Below, piece after piece: positions 49,384 to 61,469 of a stretch of 64,000 nucleotides of DNA. The stretch's first letter is position 1. Each line of letters opens with the position of its first letter. A program made the position numbers and the translations under genes. The notes beneath the pieces were generated by a model, which was not told the DNA's origin, ran no database searches, and worked only from the letters and a program-made list of their open reading frames with translations. The DNA is from Sphyrna mokarran (taxonomy: Eukaryota): NCBI GenBank assembly GCA_024679065.1, contig JAGIQG010000010.1, positions 40,114,001-40,178,000 on the forward strand. The letters are read 5' to 3'.

Positions 49384-50373
49384 CAATACTGAAGAATGCT
49401 ATAATTGGCCTTTAATAAAACCTTAATACGATCTTAAAGCCAATTTTATTCTCTCACTGGATTTCAGTGAAACTCACTGTTTCTTAGAAGCAGTGTTCAA
49501 AGTAGAGCCAAATAGACAAAAAGTCAGTCACTTTCTCAGTTTACCTTACTGCGCTGTTTGCTCTCATAAACTGTATTCTCAAAGGAGAAAAATGTCTCTT
49601 GAGGACAGATTCAGTGTGGCTACTCTCCTGAACAAAGTTATAGTTTATTCCTAGTGAAGTTCCAATTTTGCTTCAATGAATTTGCCAATAAATCTTTTCC
49701 AAAGCATTCAGATCCTGTAACAATCAACAGAAGCCATTCTGTAACAGTGGTATTTGAATAGATTTAATGCTGCTGTGTTACAATGAATATGCTCTGCATT
49801 TCATTCTGGTGATTGTCACACATTAGTCAAATACTTTTTAAGAAATCACTCCTTCGCAATGTGGCACAGTCAAGTCTAGATAAACCCATACCTAATCCGA
49901 TTATAATATGGAGCCAGGTGAAGAATTCAATTGTACCATTTCTTGCACATTTCCACTCTATCAACATCCTTACCCATGCGTAATATGTGCATATCGAAAT
50001 CTCAAGCCAAGTACAAAATGTTGCAGAGAAATCAGTTTGTATGGCCCTCATTACTTTCAATATGGACAATCTGATGCAATTTTATTCTGAGGCAAAAGGA
50101 GAACAAAGAATATTACAGCACAGGAACAGTCCTCCAAGCCTGCATCAACCATGCTGCACAATTGAAATTCAATACTGAAGAATGCTATAATTGGCCTTTA
50201 ATGAAACCTTAACACGTCCTTAAAGCTGATTTTATTCTTTCACTGGATTTCAGTGAACCTCTGTGTTTCTTAGAAGCAGATTTCAAAGTAGAGCCCAAAT
50301 AGACAAAAAGTCAGTCACTTTCTCAATTTATTTTACTGCTCTGTTTGCTCTCATAAACTGTATTCTCAAAGGA
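49384..50373 (+). repeat. ~203-bp direct duplication (49384-49586 and 50170-50373)
   Basis: Both copies run caatactgaagaatgctataattggcc...ctgtattctcaaagga with scattered substitutions. Confidence 0.92.
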
Positions 50374-51395
50374 ATCATATCCCTGTATTCCCATCCTATT
50401 CATGCATTTGTCAAGGAGTCCCTTAAAAGTCACTCCCTTATCTACTTCCGCTTCTTCCCCAGCAGCAAGTTCCAGGCACCTACCACCCTCTGTGTAAAAA
50501 ACTTGCCTTGTGCGTCTCCTTTAAACTTTGCCCCTCACACCTTAAACTCTGGCCCCTCGTATTTGACTCTTCCATCCTAGGAAAAAGCTTCTGATTATCC
50601 ATGCTGTCTATGCCCCTCATAATCTTGTAGATTTCTATCAGGTCGCTCCTCCATCATTCCATTGGGAACAAGCCAATTTTCTCCAAACTCTCCTCAGAGC
50701 TAATACCCTCCATACCAGGCAACATCCTAGTAAATCTTTTCTGTATTCTCTCCAAAGCTTTCACATCCTGCTGGTAGTGTGGCAACCAGAATTGAACACT
50801 ATATTCCAAGAGCCTCGCTAAGGTTCTATAAAGCTGCAACATGACTTGCCAATTTTTAAACTCAATATCATGGCCAATGAAAGCAAGCATGACATATGCT
50901 TTCTTGACTACTTTCTCCACGCGTGTTGCCACTTTGTGACCTGTGCACCTGTACACCCAGATCCCTCTGCCTATCAATACTCATAAGGATACTGCCATTT
51001 ATTGTATATTTCTCATCTATATTATACATTCCAAAACATATTATCTCACATTTGTCCGGATTAAACTCCATCCGCCATCTATATCCTGCTGATTCCGCTG
51101 ATGGTCTTTGTTGTATTTGCAATTCCACCAACCCTTGTGACATCCGCAAACCAGTTACATTTTCCTCCAAATCATTAATATATATTACAAATAGCAAAGA
51201 TCCCAGCACTAGCCCCTGAGGAACACAACTAGTCACAGCCCTCCATTCAGAAACGTATCTTCCACTGCTACCCTCTGTTTTCTATGACTGAGTCAGTTCT
51301 ATACCCATCTTGCCAGCTCACCTTTGACCCCATGCGAGTTCACCTTTTATTCCCATCTGTCATGAGGGACCTTGTCAAAGACCTTACTGAAATCT
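50095..51395 (-). mobile_element. CR1 LINE 3' part (RT C-terminus plus UTR), UTR interrupted at 50170-50373
   Basis: SCVPQGLVLGSLLFVIYINDL, MEFNPDKC and LEYSVQFWLPHY; tail ctgtgctgtaatattctttgttc. Confidence 0.9.
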
Positions 51396-51523
51396 GATCA
51401 CTTTTTATGATTTATAACATGCAAAATTTCTCCAAATTTAAAATTACAACAAAAAAAATTATTGAAAATACACAACTGGCCTGTCAATAATAGAAATGAG
51501 ACATGATAGATTATTATCCCAGG

Positions 51524-51805
51524 TTTAAAGTTTATTTGTTATTGTCACAAGAATGTTTACATGAGCACTGCAATAAAGTTATTGTGAAAATCCCTGAGGC
51601 GCCTACGCCGAAGGAGAATTTAGCATGGTCAATGCACTTTAACAGCATATTTTTCAGACTGTGGGAGTAAACTGGAGCATCCAGATGAAACCCATGCAGA
51701 CACTTGAAGAACATACAAACACCACACAGACAGTGACTGAAGCCAGGAGTTGAACCCAAGTCCTTGACACCGTGAGGTAGCGGTGCTAACCATTTGTGAC
51801 TATGT
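51524..51805 (-). mobile_element. V-SINE with alternative tail
   Basis: ggttagcaccgctacctcac...gggttcaactcc head; tail gggattttcacaataac...tgtgacaataacaaataaacttt. Confidence 0.87.
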
Positions 51806-51879
51806 CTGTTTATCAAAGCAAGAAGCTGATGGTGGGTGGTTCCTTCATTGATCTAACACCAAGGAAGAGAGAAGGAAAG

Positions 51880-52993
51880 GAACAATAGGCAAAGGGAACC
51901 AGTCAAGTAACTTACAAGGTCACATGTTCTGGATCATAGAAGATCATCAGTTAGAGCAAGGGAGGAGTAGAGTGTTGTTGTATGTTCAGTTTGTCAGACT
52001 CTTGTTTGTAAGTAATAAACCATTTATAACTTTAAGCCACAGCAAGTCACCTTCAAAGTTATTACACTGTCAATGAGAAAAAGCTTTTGATAATCATTGC
52101 AGATTATAGTATGCAGCTAGAAGGGAGAAGACTTGAGCATCAAAACTAAAAGGCACGTACGCATATTAAAATGCTTTTGATTGATCCAGAAATAGATAGC
52201 AGGGCATGATATATTTGAAGGCTTTGTTATTTCTTTGTAACATGTGAAATCACAGTAGAGTTGCAATCAAAAACTTTGCAGTTAGACTGACACAGGTGGC
52301 TAGAAAAATTGTGGAAAGAACAATTCAGGTATCCTATGTTGTAAATATACAATGCTGTTGTGTCAAAAACATGCAGATCATTTGAGGAAGAAACCTAGGC
52401 CTGATGCAAGGATTCAAGAGGTAACTCTGCTGTAGATTTAGGTTTACCAGGTTTGGTTACAGGGATCCATATTGTAAATGTGACACTGCAGCAACCAGCA
52501 GTTTGTGTCACTGAGGAGACAGCATCTACAGGAGGATCTCAAGCCCGGATTGATGAGTTAGCTTTTCACATCAGTCTGGCCAGATTCTTCATTTCCTGAA
52601 GAATATAAGTCCCTAGGGCAACTGAACTTGTGTTGAGTTTTCCTGGGGTACTTCTGATATCCACTGCAATTTGTTTGCTGATGTTAATGATGTTCCTTTC
52701 TTATTGTCCATTGACAAACTCAAGAGTTAGGGGGAAAGGAGTTTAGTAATGTGGTCCCTTTAAAGGGACGATCTCTGAGGGCCATGCAATTGGGCTGGAG
52801 AGCAGTGTGGTTGGCCAAGCCAATCGAATGCAAGGGCATGTGGTCTGGATTGGGAAGTTGGAGCCAGGGAGGAATGGAGAGAAGTTGTGAATTCAGTTCT
52901 GTCGGATTCTTGTTGGTACATGTGTATATTTATTGTTGGTAATAAACCCTTTATAACTTAAAGCCACAACAAATTGCCTTTGAAGTTATTACA
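51880..52993 (+). mobile_element. Internally deleted Gypsy-type LTR element (two LTRs about 680 bp apart)
   Basis: Direct repeats ending taataaacc.tttataact..aagccaca.caa...gttattaca (52066, 52993). Polypurine tract agggggaaaggag (52729-41). Gag-like DPEIDS...Y...LCYFF (52180-52250). Confidence 0.72.
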
Positions 52994-53284
52994 ATGATGT
53001 ATCATGTGTACTCAAGTTTAGTGTCTTCATTTTCTAATGCCATATCTCACCAACTCCACAATAAATCTCAACCACTAGTTGATGCATCACACTGCCTTCA
53101 CTCACCGACCAATAATCTCCATCAGTGACAACTGATATCTAATAGTTTCATCTTGATCTCATATATATCTTGTATTCTGCTAATATCTTAATCACATCTC
53201 ACAACTTTCACAAATAGTTAACAATTCACCATGACTGCCACATCATCAAAACAGACTGCACAGCACCCACTGACATACTTCCAT

Positions 53285-54800
53285 CACTCTTGCAGAACAT
53301 GTTTGTGCATCAACAGTGGGAACAGGAGATAACTGTTAAGGGACAGGCATGGCTATATCCTTACTCGATGGAGGTGATAGTGCTCATTAACATTGGAGCA
53401 GCTATTGCTATGACCAGCAATGGGGCTGTCACCATCAATGGTGACAGTGTGCTCATTATTAATCCTCCTTCTAACATCCCACTTACCCCAATTCCTATTA
53501 TCTCAGTTTATTTACAAGCTGTCAATAGTCTAACTATCAAGCATGTTTCCCCCTTGTCCATCTCCATGACTGTATAATTTCTTCTTTCAAACAGAAAAGA
53601 ACCATAACCAGGCAATGGTGAAAGGGAAAGTGATATAAGGCAGGAATGCCATGATGAAGGAAAACACAGTCGCTCAGTCTCACTTGTAAACACCAGCTCA
53701 GAGGCGAAGCTTTGCATATTTTAGAGGATAGCTTAGCGACAGGAATTGCACGTACGGAGATAACAGCAACCAGAAGCTTGTAGCCATGACAGGGTGCAAT
53801 GGTTAATGCAGTACATATGTGTATTTTGCCTCAGATGAGGACATTAATGAGGTGACCTGTGACATAAAGAGGACATTAATATAAACAATATTAAGCTTGG
53901 TGCAGTGGCAAGTTGCTAGAAAGCCTATGGTCACTGTGAAAGAACAAAGGGGAGGCTGGCACCAGCTTAGCACATGGTTTTATGCTAAATTTGGAGCTTG
54001 GCATTTCCAGTATTGAAGTGGTGGCCAATGCCATTAGCACAGCTGTGAACCTAACCATGATGGAGCAAATGGTCACCAATGTTACAGCTTTCACTGTAGC
54101 ATAAGCTAAAGCCACATATTATATGGGGGCTGTTACAGAAGCTGAAAATTCAGTAATGAAGATTAGCTTAAACTTATTTCTTTCATGCACCATCAGTCTG
54201 CTGTCATAATAGCTTCAGACACCAATGTTCAAAGGGGCTTTAGGGCCCATACAGCAGTCTAGCATCCCTGTCCTCCAACAGACTGCTAAAATTAATGAGA
54301 TGCCACAATGGTGGACTGGCTGTGATGCTGTGGAGCATCAATCTAGTAATCAGCCTTCAGTTGGTCACAGTTGCTTGAATGGTGATGATAAACATGCAAA
54401 ACGAAAGCATAATGACTACTAAACTATTGACTGGCATGAGGCTTTGGAAATCTGACTTGCAACATTGATAAATTGATGTACATGCAATCCATTGTAACCT
54501 GTACTAGGAGAAATCTGCAATCTCCACAAAGCCAACATGTTCACTCCTGCTGCTTCTCTCTGGCAAGAGAAAATGAAAAGTATTCAGCTGTCTTGGAAAC
54601 TCAGGCTCTAGTGGCCTCCCTTATGCAACAGGCGATGACAAATGGGGAGATATAACAAATACGCTTGATCCAGTCTGAAAACCTTTGTTTGCAATCATCT
54701 TCTCAATCACTGACAATTATGTTGCGGTTTGTCGTGTGGTTAATCAATGCTGGAAATGTTTCCCACTACTCATAAATAACTCCAGTTGGATTCAGATAGG
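53285..54800. mobile_element. Decayed Harbinger element: Myb-partner exon (+) and convergent transposase C-terminus (-)
   Basis: After acceptor ttgcag (53290-95): FVHQQWEQEITVKGQAWL...MEVIVLINIG, like AHN.RE...TGGG exons. Minus 54620-54745: NHTTNRNII..KQRF..FVIACCI. Confidence 0.5.
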
Positions 54801-55897
54801 TTACTTTAAAACTACTTCATGAACACTGTACACATGATAAGTTACATCACTCTTCAGTATACACCTATACTTCTATTCTAACGAGTCTCTAGTACATGAC
54901 AGCTGATGTCACTATATCATGATATAATTGCTACCTCAATACTATAATTATTAACATATTATGCTATACTTTCCCTCCCCACGTACAATGTTAACTTCTT
55001 TAATAACAATGTTAAACTATTTCTCAAACCATTTATATTGCTTTTCCAACTTTTGTAACTTCCATCACTGTTATAAATTCTATCCAACTTTCACTGTTAC
55101 ACTTTTTGCTCCCTCTCTCTCTGCCATCATCACCACCACCACCACCAAGTGATTGTTCTGAAGTATCAACCTCCCACAGTCTTCATTGCTCTCTGGAAGA
55201 ACTTCGACTTTGTGGACATACCTATGCACTCGCCCATTTGACTTTTGCTTGTTCATTCTATTAGTCCTGTTCCATTCAGTTATTATTATCTTCACTTTTT
55301 TGCCACACCTCCATGTCGACCTTGCAAATACATTCTAAAATTTCACTCTATTCAATATCCAAGTGATTTATTAAAAGCAGTGTTGGTTCTAATACTGGTT
55401 ACTGAGGGAGCAAAGCTGTCTATCTCCAGTCTGAAAAACAACCATAACTCATCATGACCCACCTATTCCATCAGCCTCAATTTTGATAACCAGCCATTTA
55501 TGTGATACTTTGTCAGATGGTTTCCTAAAATCCATACAATCTTCATTACATTCCTGTCATTAATCTTCTCTTTACTTCACCACAAAATTTAATTGGAATC
55601 GTTAAACCTGATTTGTCATTTACAATTCCACTGTGATTCTCCTTAGTTAACTCAAATCTCTCAATCTGTCTGTTAAGTTTTTTTCTCCTGATTATTGTTT
55701 CTAAAATCTTCCCTGCCATTGATGTCCTTTCTCAATTTCTTTTATAATTATGCCACATTTGACACTTTCCAAACCTTTGGCACCTTCCCCTCATTCTAGG
55801 GAAGATTAGAAATTGAGAGCAAGTCCTTTCAGTTTCTCCATCCACTTCATTTCCCTTAACAACATGGGATGTAAGCCATTATGACCAGACAACATAT

Positions 55898-56218
55898 CAA
55901 AGAACAAAGAACAAAACAGCACGGGAAACAGGCCCTTCAGCCAACGAGCTCACGCCGCTACCCCAATGTTCCCACCTCTACTCGTGATCCCTGGCTATGT
56001 TTATAGATCTATGGATTAAAAAACAAATTTGAGACAATTTAGGGAGAATTTGTTTTGCCAATTAGCGTAAGAGCACATTTTTGGGATGTGGGAGGAAACC
56101 GGAGCACCCGGAGAAAACCCACACAAGCACAGGGAGAATGCGCAAACTCCCACAGACACAGGCCCAAATCCATGTATCTGCACAGCACAGCGATAGTCAC
56201 TGAGCTGTCATGTTGCCC
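55898..56218 (-). mobile_element. V-SINE with third tail type
   Basis: V-core gggttttctccgggtgctccggtttcctcccacatcccaaa; tail gaagggcctgtttcccgtgctgttttgttctttgttcttt. Confidence 0.85.
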
Positions 56219-56540
56219 ATCAAATGGTCCACTTTTATCATAATCAGACTTTCCAGTGCATTCTGCCTATTAATTTTCACCCCATCCATTACCTCTGTTG
56301 TCCATACTTCCACCGATATTTTAAAACATCCTCTTCCTTAGAAAACATTGATACAAAGTAGCCTTATCCTGCACCTCTAAGCATCTATTATCTTTTTGTC
56401 CCTAATCGCCTCCAACCAGTCTCTTACGATCCATTAACAGAAAGAAGATTTTTGGATTCCCTTTTAAATTAATAGCTTTTTTATTCTCATATTCTCTCTT
56501 CTGCAATTTTCAATTTCCTTTCCACTTTTCTCAACTTACT

Positions 56541-56669
56541 TTGTGGGATTTTCCAGCCTTGCTTGCCCCAAAGCCAGAAAATCCTGACCAAGGTCAACAA
56601 ACCTTTGCACGGTCCATGTCCTCTCCTGCTACAACTTCCTGCGGTGGGTGTGGCAGGAAAATCCTGCTC
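56541..56669. mobile_element. ~129-bp MITE
   Basis: gtgggattttcc...ggaaaatcctgc; exact 3-bp TSD ACT (56538, 56670). Confidence 0.78.
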
Positions 56670-57291
56670 ACTGTGTTTGGCAAATTATACACTCTGCATA
56701 ATACACTCTGTTTCTTATCATATTTCCTTCCTTATCAGACTTTGGTTTTTCCAGTTTTGTCTCTTGGTAGACGGTACCTAGCCTGTACCTAAACACTATT
56801 TCATCAAAGATCACCCATTGCCACATTACACTTTTTCTTCGAACTTTGGTTCCATTTCCCCCTGACTAGATCCCCTTTCATCTCACTGAAATGAGTCCCC
56901 TTTCAATTTAGGCATTTTACTTTAAGTTGGTCTTTGCTAATCTCCATCATTCTTCTAAACTTTATGATGCAATGATAATTTCTATTTAATCTAATTCATT
57001 CGCCAACATCAGATCAGCGATGCCTCCTTTCTTGTTGAACCAAAAAAATGCTGGTCAGGGAAGTTCTTCTGAACATATTTCAGATATTCCTCTTCCTCCT
57101 TTCCCTTTATTTTAACTCTGTCTCAAACAATATTTAGATAATTAAATTGCCCCAATATCATTACTCTATAGTTCTTGCATATCTTTGTGATTTCCTAGTA
57201 GATTTGTTCTTATATCCATCTCTCACTTTTTGGACACTTTTAAATAGTCAACAGTATGATTGTCCTTTTTTTGCTTCTCAATTCTAACCAA

Positions 57292-57467
57292 GTCAGGTGA
57301 ATGGGGAGTTCTGATCACAAGTAGGAGCTCCCCACTCACCTGACAATGAAGCAAAGCCCTGAAAGCTAGTGGCATTTGCTACCAAATAAACCTGTTGGAC
57401 TTTAACCTGGTGTTGTGAGACTTCTTACTGTGTTTACCCCAGTCCAACACTGGCACCTCCACATCAA
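57292..57467 (+). mobile_element. Mini-Penelope pLTR with short fold-back
   Basis: gtcaggtgaatggggag / ctcccactcacctgac inversion, a decayed hammerhead (57337-57372), and tail ccccagtccaacactggcacctccacatca. Confidence 0.8.
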
Positions 57468-58609
57468 TGCAACATTCACTCAGTGCTGCACTGAAGTATC
57501 AGTCTCAAACTTGACATTTACAAGTTTCTGGACTTGGTCTCGCAATCTCTGATTCAGAGGCCAGAATGCTACTGCTGAGCAAAATGTTTCAGTTGGATCA
57601 TATGTCATCTCTGCACATGGACTTTTAAACTTGTCACCTTTAAGACTAGCTCACAGCTGGCTTCAAGATAATAAAGATCTCTTTAAAGTCCTGTAGCTTT
57701 CAGCGTAGCTGTTCCTCCCCCCGATTTCTATATCTGTTACAGTTCTTGCAGTTAACAAAGGGGTTGAACAGAAGGTTTGTGAACATCCAATTTCACCCAT
57801 TTCAGTTCAGTGAATCTACTGTGCAAGGGCACACATTCACATCCATCAAATCAACTTAACGTCCATAGAGAGCATTATGCAGACATGTTCATTACAGATA
57901 CAGGATAATTCATCAGTCACGTCACCTTTAATTCCACTAACTACCATTCCTGTTACATAACCTTGCCCTTGAGTATGATTACAAAGACAGGTATTAGAGG
58001 AAATAATAATGATAGGAAAATGCACTATGTTCAGCTCAGGCTGATTTGCTGAGTCATCAGCCTAAAAATCCCCAGTCTGCTGCTCCATCCACTGATCTCT
58101 GGTGGAAAATTGTGAGCAATCGGCTCACTAATATCCACTGGGTACTCACCATGTGTGCGGAATTTTGACAAGTGTAAGGATTTGGAAAATCAACCCTTCT
58201 GTGTATATATTGTGATCTTATCTTCAGCTAAATTACAAACATTTCATCTTGTGTGTATGCGTCTAAAATTTGCAAACTCCATCAAAGCCTTCTAATAAAT
58301 GAATTACTGATTGGGACTTTCTGCTTATTATTTTTTGTTATGTGCTTTTCTGTTATTTTCCTTTGTTTAGGCTTTAAAGTTGTCTATTCAATACATTTGA
58401 AACTTTGTTTCTTGTTGAGGTCAGAAGGCTTGTTGCCTTATTGCGAAAGTATTAATTGTGCTAAGCCTCTCAGAAGGTTGCAAAATGTGCAATGGAATGA
58501 TGAGGTGCTATTCCTCAAGTTAGCATTGAGAAAACTACAGTAGCTCAAAGACAGAGAGGTCAACACGAGGATTAAAATTAAAATAGATCTCCAGGAGTCG
58601 GTGTTACAT

Positions 58610-59035
58610 TTTCAAAAATTCTTTCATGCAATTTTTGCATTATTAGCAAGGCCAGCATTTGTGTGTTCATTGTTAAATGCCATTGAGAAGGAGGTGGTGA
58701 GCCACCTTCTTGAATTATGCAGTCCATTTCACGCAGGTACACCCATAACCTTATGAGAAAGCAAATTCCAGAAATTTTATCTACTGCAGGAATGGCGATA
58801 TAGTTCCAAATCAGGATGGTGTGTGGCTTAGAGGGGACTTTTTGGATGGTAGATGCATCTGCTCCCATTGTCCTTCTAGGTAATGGAGGTCATAAGTCTT
58901 GAAAGTGCTGTCAAAGAAGGCAAGTTAGTGAGTTGTCCATCTTGTAAATGGTATGTTACGCTGCCATTGTGTGTCAGTGTTGGAGGGAATGAATGTTCAG
59001 TTGGCGGATGGAATGCCTGCCACGTGTTCTGCTTT
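58610..59035 (-). mobile_element. 3' part of the CR1/L2-group LINE family seen at 41326
   Basis: gccagcatttgt...gagaaggaggtggtgagccaccttcttgaa...ttccaaatcaggatggtgtgtggctt. Confidence 0.8.
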
Positions 59036-59429
59036 GCCCTTTTCCCCGTTTCAAGTTCAGCCATTGCCAGTGCACTCTGTGTCTTCCCTTCCAGAATCAT
59101 TGTCAATATCTGAAGTTAACCTAGGAAAAAATATTGACTTACTTTCCACGCATTTGTAATTCAAGTGAAAAAATCACAAAGCTTCCTTTTCTTTAATGGC
59201 TTTTATATGGTTTAATATAAGAATGCAATGGAAAGAGAATGGAAGCTAAACAAAAGGAATAGCTATGGACAACAGGAGGAGTATAAAGGAACATATTGCA
59301 AGTATGAGGTGATTCTAAAATGGAAAATGGACATCTGGAACAAAGGAATTGGAGTCTAAGACATGCTGAAAAATGTCAAAATTACAGACATTGAGCGTAC
59401 CTATTAGAATTGAAGGAAAGTATTTAACC

Positions 59430-59730
59430 TCAAAGAACAAAGAACAATACAACTCAGGAATAGCTCCTTTGGCCCTTAAAGCCTGCACCAATCATATATT
59501 CCTAACCAGACAGTTCATTAGTATCCCTCTATTCCCATTCTGCTCATGTGGCTATCTAGATAAGTCTTTAATGATCCTAGTGTGTTTGCCTCAACCACCT
59601 TGCTTGGTAGTGCATTTCAGGCCCCCGACCTCTTTCTGTGTAAAATCTCACCATACTCCTACATATCTGTATTGAACCTTGCCCCTCCTCCCCCCACCTT
59701 GAACTTGTGACCCCTTTTGTTTGTCATTTA
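59430..59730 (-). mobile_element. CR1 3' UTR
   Basis: (aaagaac)2 tail followed by typical CR1 UTR. Confidence 0.75.
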
Positions 59731-59744
59731 CGACCTGGAAAATT

Positions 59745-60082
59745 CATTTTGCGTTTTTCATTACTTTTGAATACCCAATGTGTTTCACAGCTAGTGAAAT
59801 AGTTTTGAAATGTCATCACTGTGCCAATGTAGGAAATGTAGCAATCAATTTACACACAGCAATGTCCCCAGCCAGCAGTGAGATAATAAGCAGGATTCTC
59901 TGGTCTCATCCACTGCTGGCAAGCATGGACAATTTGATGTTCCAGCCAAACTCCATTCACTTTCAAAAGCACCAGAAAATCCCAGCTGCAAATGAGATCA
60001 GAGAATTTTGGCCAATGTCCAGATAATCTGTTTATTGTGATGTTTGTTGAGGGATAAATATTGATCAGAACACCAGTGAGAA
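59745..60082 (-). mobile_element. DeuSINE-like fragment containing a 126-bp MITE (59888-60013)
   Basis: gagataat|MITE|aatgtccagataatctg. MITE ends gcaggattctct / agagaattttggcc, with exact TSD AAT. Confidence 0.7.
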
Positions 60083-61469
60083 GAAATCTAATCTTTACTA
60101 AAATGGTTAAACTTCGTTTTGTTGCAAGATGATGAACTTCAGTGATGAAGACAGATTGGAAAAGTCAATCATCAGCACACTCCTTTCCCAATGAAGTCAA
60201 TGAAAAGGAGGGCCAGGCAGCTGACCCATTGCCATTAATTTAGTTTCTGCCCCTATCTGGCATGCATTGCCATTCATTTCTCTATTCTTGTGTTTGTTCA
60301 ATGTCTCTATCTTAATTCCACCCTTGTTCATGAATGAAGGAGAATGACTTCCCCCATGGAGTCCCCAAAATGTTCCATGTCAGTACTAGCTTTTTGATGT
60401 CTTGCTTCTACAGAGAAAATCATAGGTTTCAAAAATATGTTTCTCGCTTACCATGACAGCTCCTAATGTCGGTTGTCAAGAAATATTATTACTCCTTTTG
60501 TGGCCAGATGATGATGTCATGCTGTTTCCTGCTGCTGGCTAAAGTATTATGGGAAGCTCTAAGTATTAGCAAGAGGGAGCTTTTTCAATTAAGAGATTAC
60601 ATAAAAACAGCCTTCTACTGGTGATTAAACAGAAGGTGCAATCTCTGCTCACTAATGGATCTACTGTACTCTGATGAAAGTACAAAAGCAAACATTCGCA
60701 CAGCGCTATATTTCCATGTAATTTCAGCCAGCAGTCTGCACAGTGACTGCTAACGACAGTTCCAACAGTAATCTGCCAATGGCAAACATACTCTTCAAAA
60801 CTTCATTTTACTCTGCAGAGAAAATAATGAAAAATTATAAACAGTGGAAATCAAATGACGGGATTATGTGGAAGAAACATAAAATTGCTTTGAGGTTGGA
60901 GTTTCCCTTTAAGTATTTATTGACGCATTGCTTAATGACTTTGGTGGAATTAATTTCCCTTTTCTCCACATGGTTGACTAGAAGCAATTAAAATGAACAT
61001 GATATCCATTATTAATTATTTACTGTCCTGGGTGAGCTTAACGATGTCATAAAATTATTTCAAGCAGAAAGGAGACTCCGCCCCTGATTTTTAAGGCAGT
61101 CTAAGTATTTTGTGTAACTGTACAAATGGTATTACAACAAATTTAGTACAATGATAATATTAAAAGATAAACAGATGCAGGGCAGCTGATTACCCTGGGG
61201 TACAAACATCAGTTGCAATCTTCCAGATCGATAAAAATCTCAGACCCTGTCAACATCCGTAATCCCCCTCTTCTCCCCAGTGCAATCTTTCTGTGATTGG
61301 GACAATTAAAGGGCAAGCTTAATATTCACTGTCCAATTGGAGACAACGGATGGGTTCTGGAGGTAGGGAACTTGAAGTCGCATGGCACATTTATAGGTTG
61401 CTTGGCAACCTGAGCTGCAGCTGCAAGACAAGTGCCTCCGTGAATTGCAGTGTATGAGATAGAGGAGCA

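Larger units (their letters stand above)
55490..57290 (-). mobile_element. Very old CR1 fragments carrying SINE and MITE inserts
   Basis: Minus strand gatttttaggaaaccatctgacaaagt, ggggaaggtgccaaaggtttggaaagtgtcaaatgtg and ggggcaatttaattatc (endonuclease region). Confidence 0.6.
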
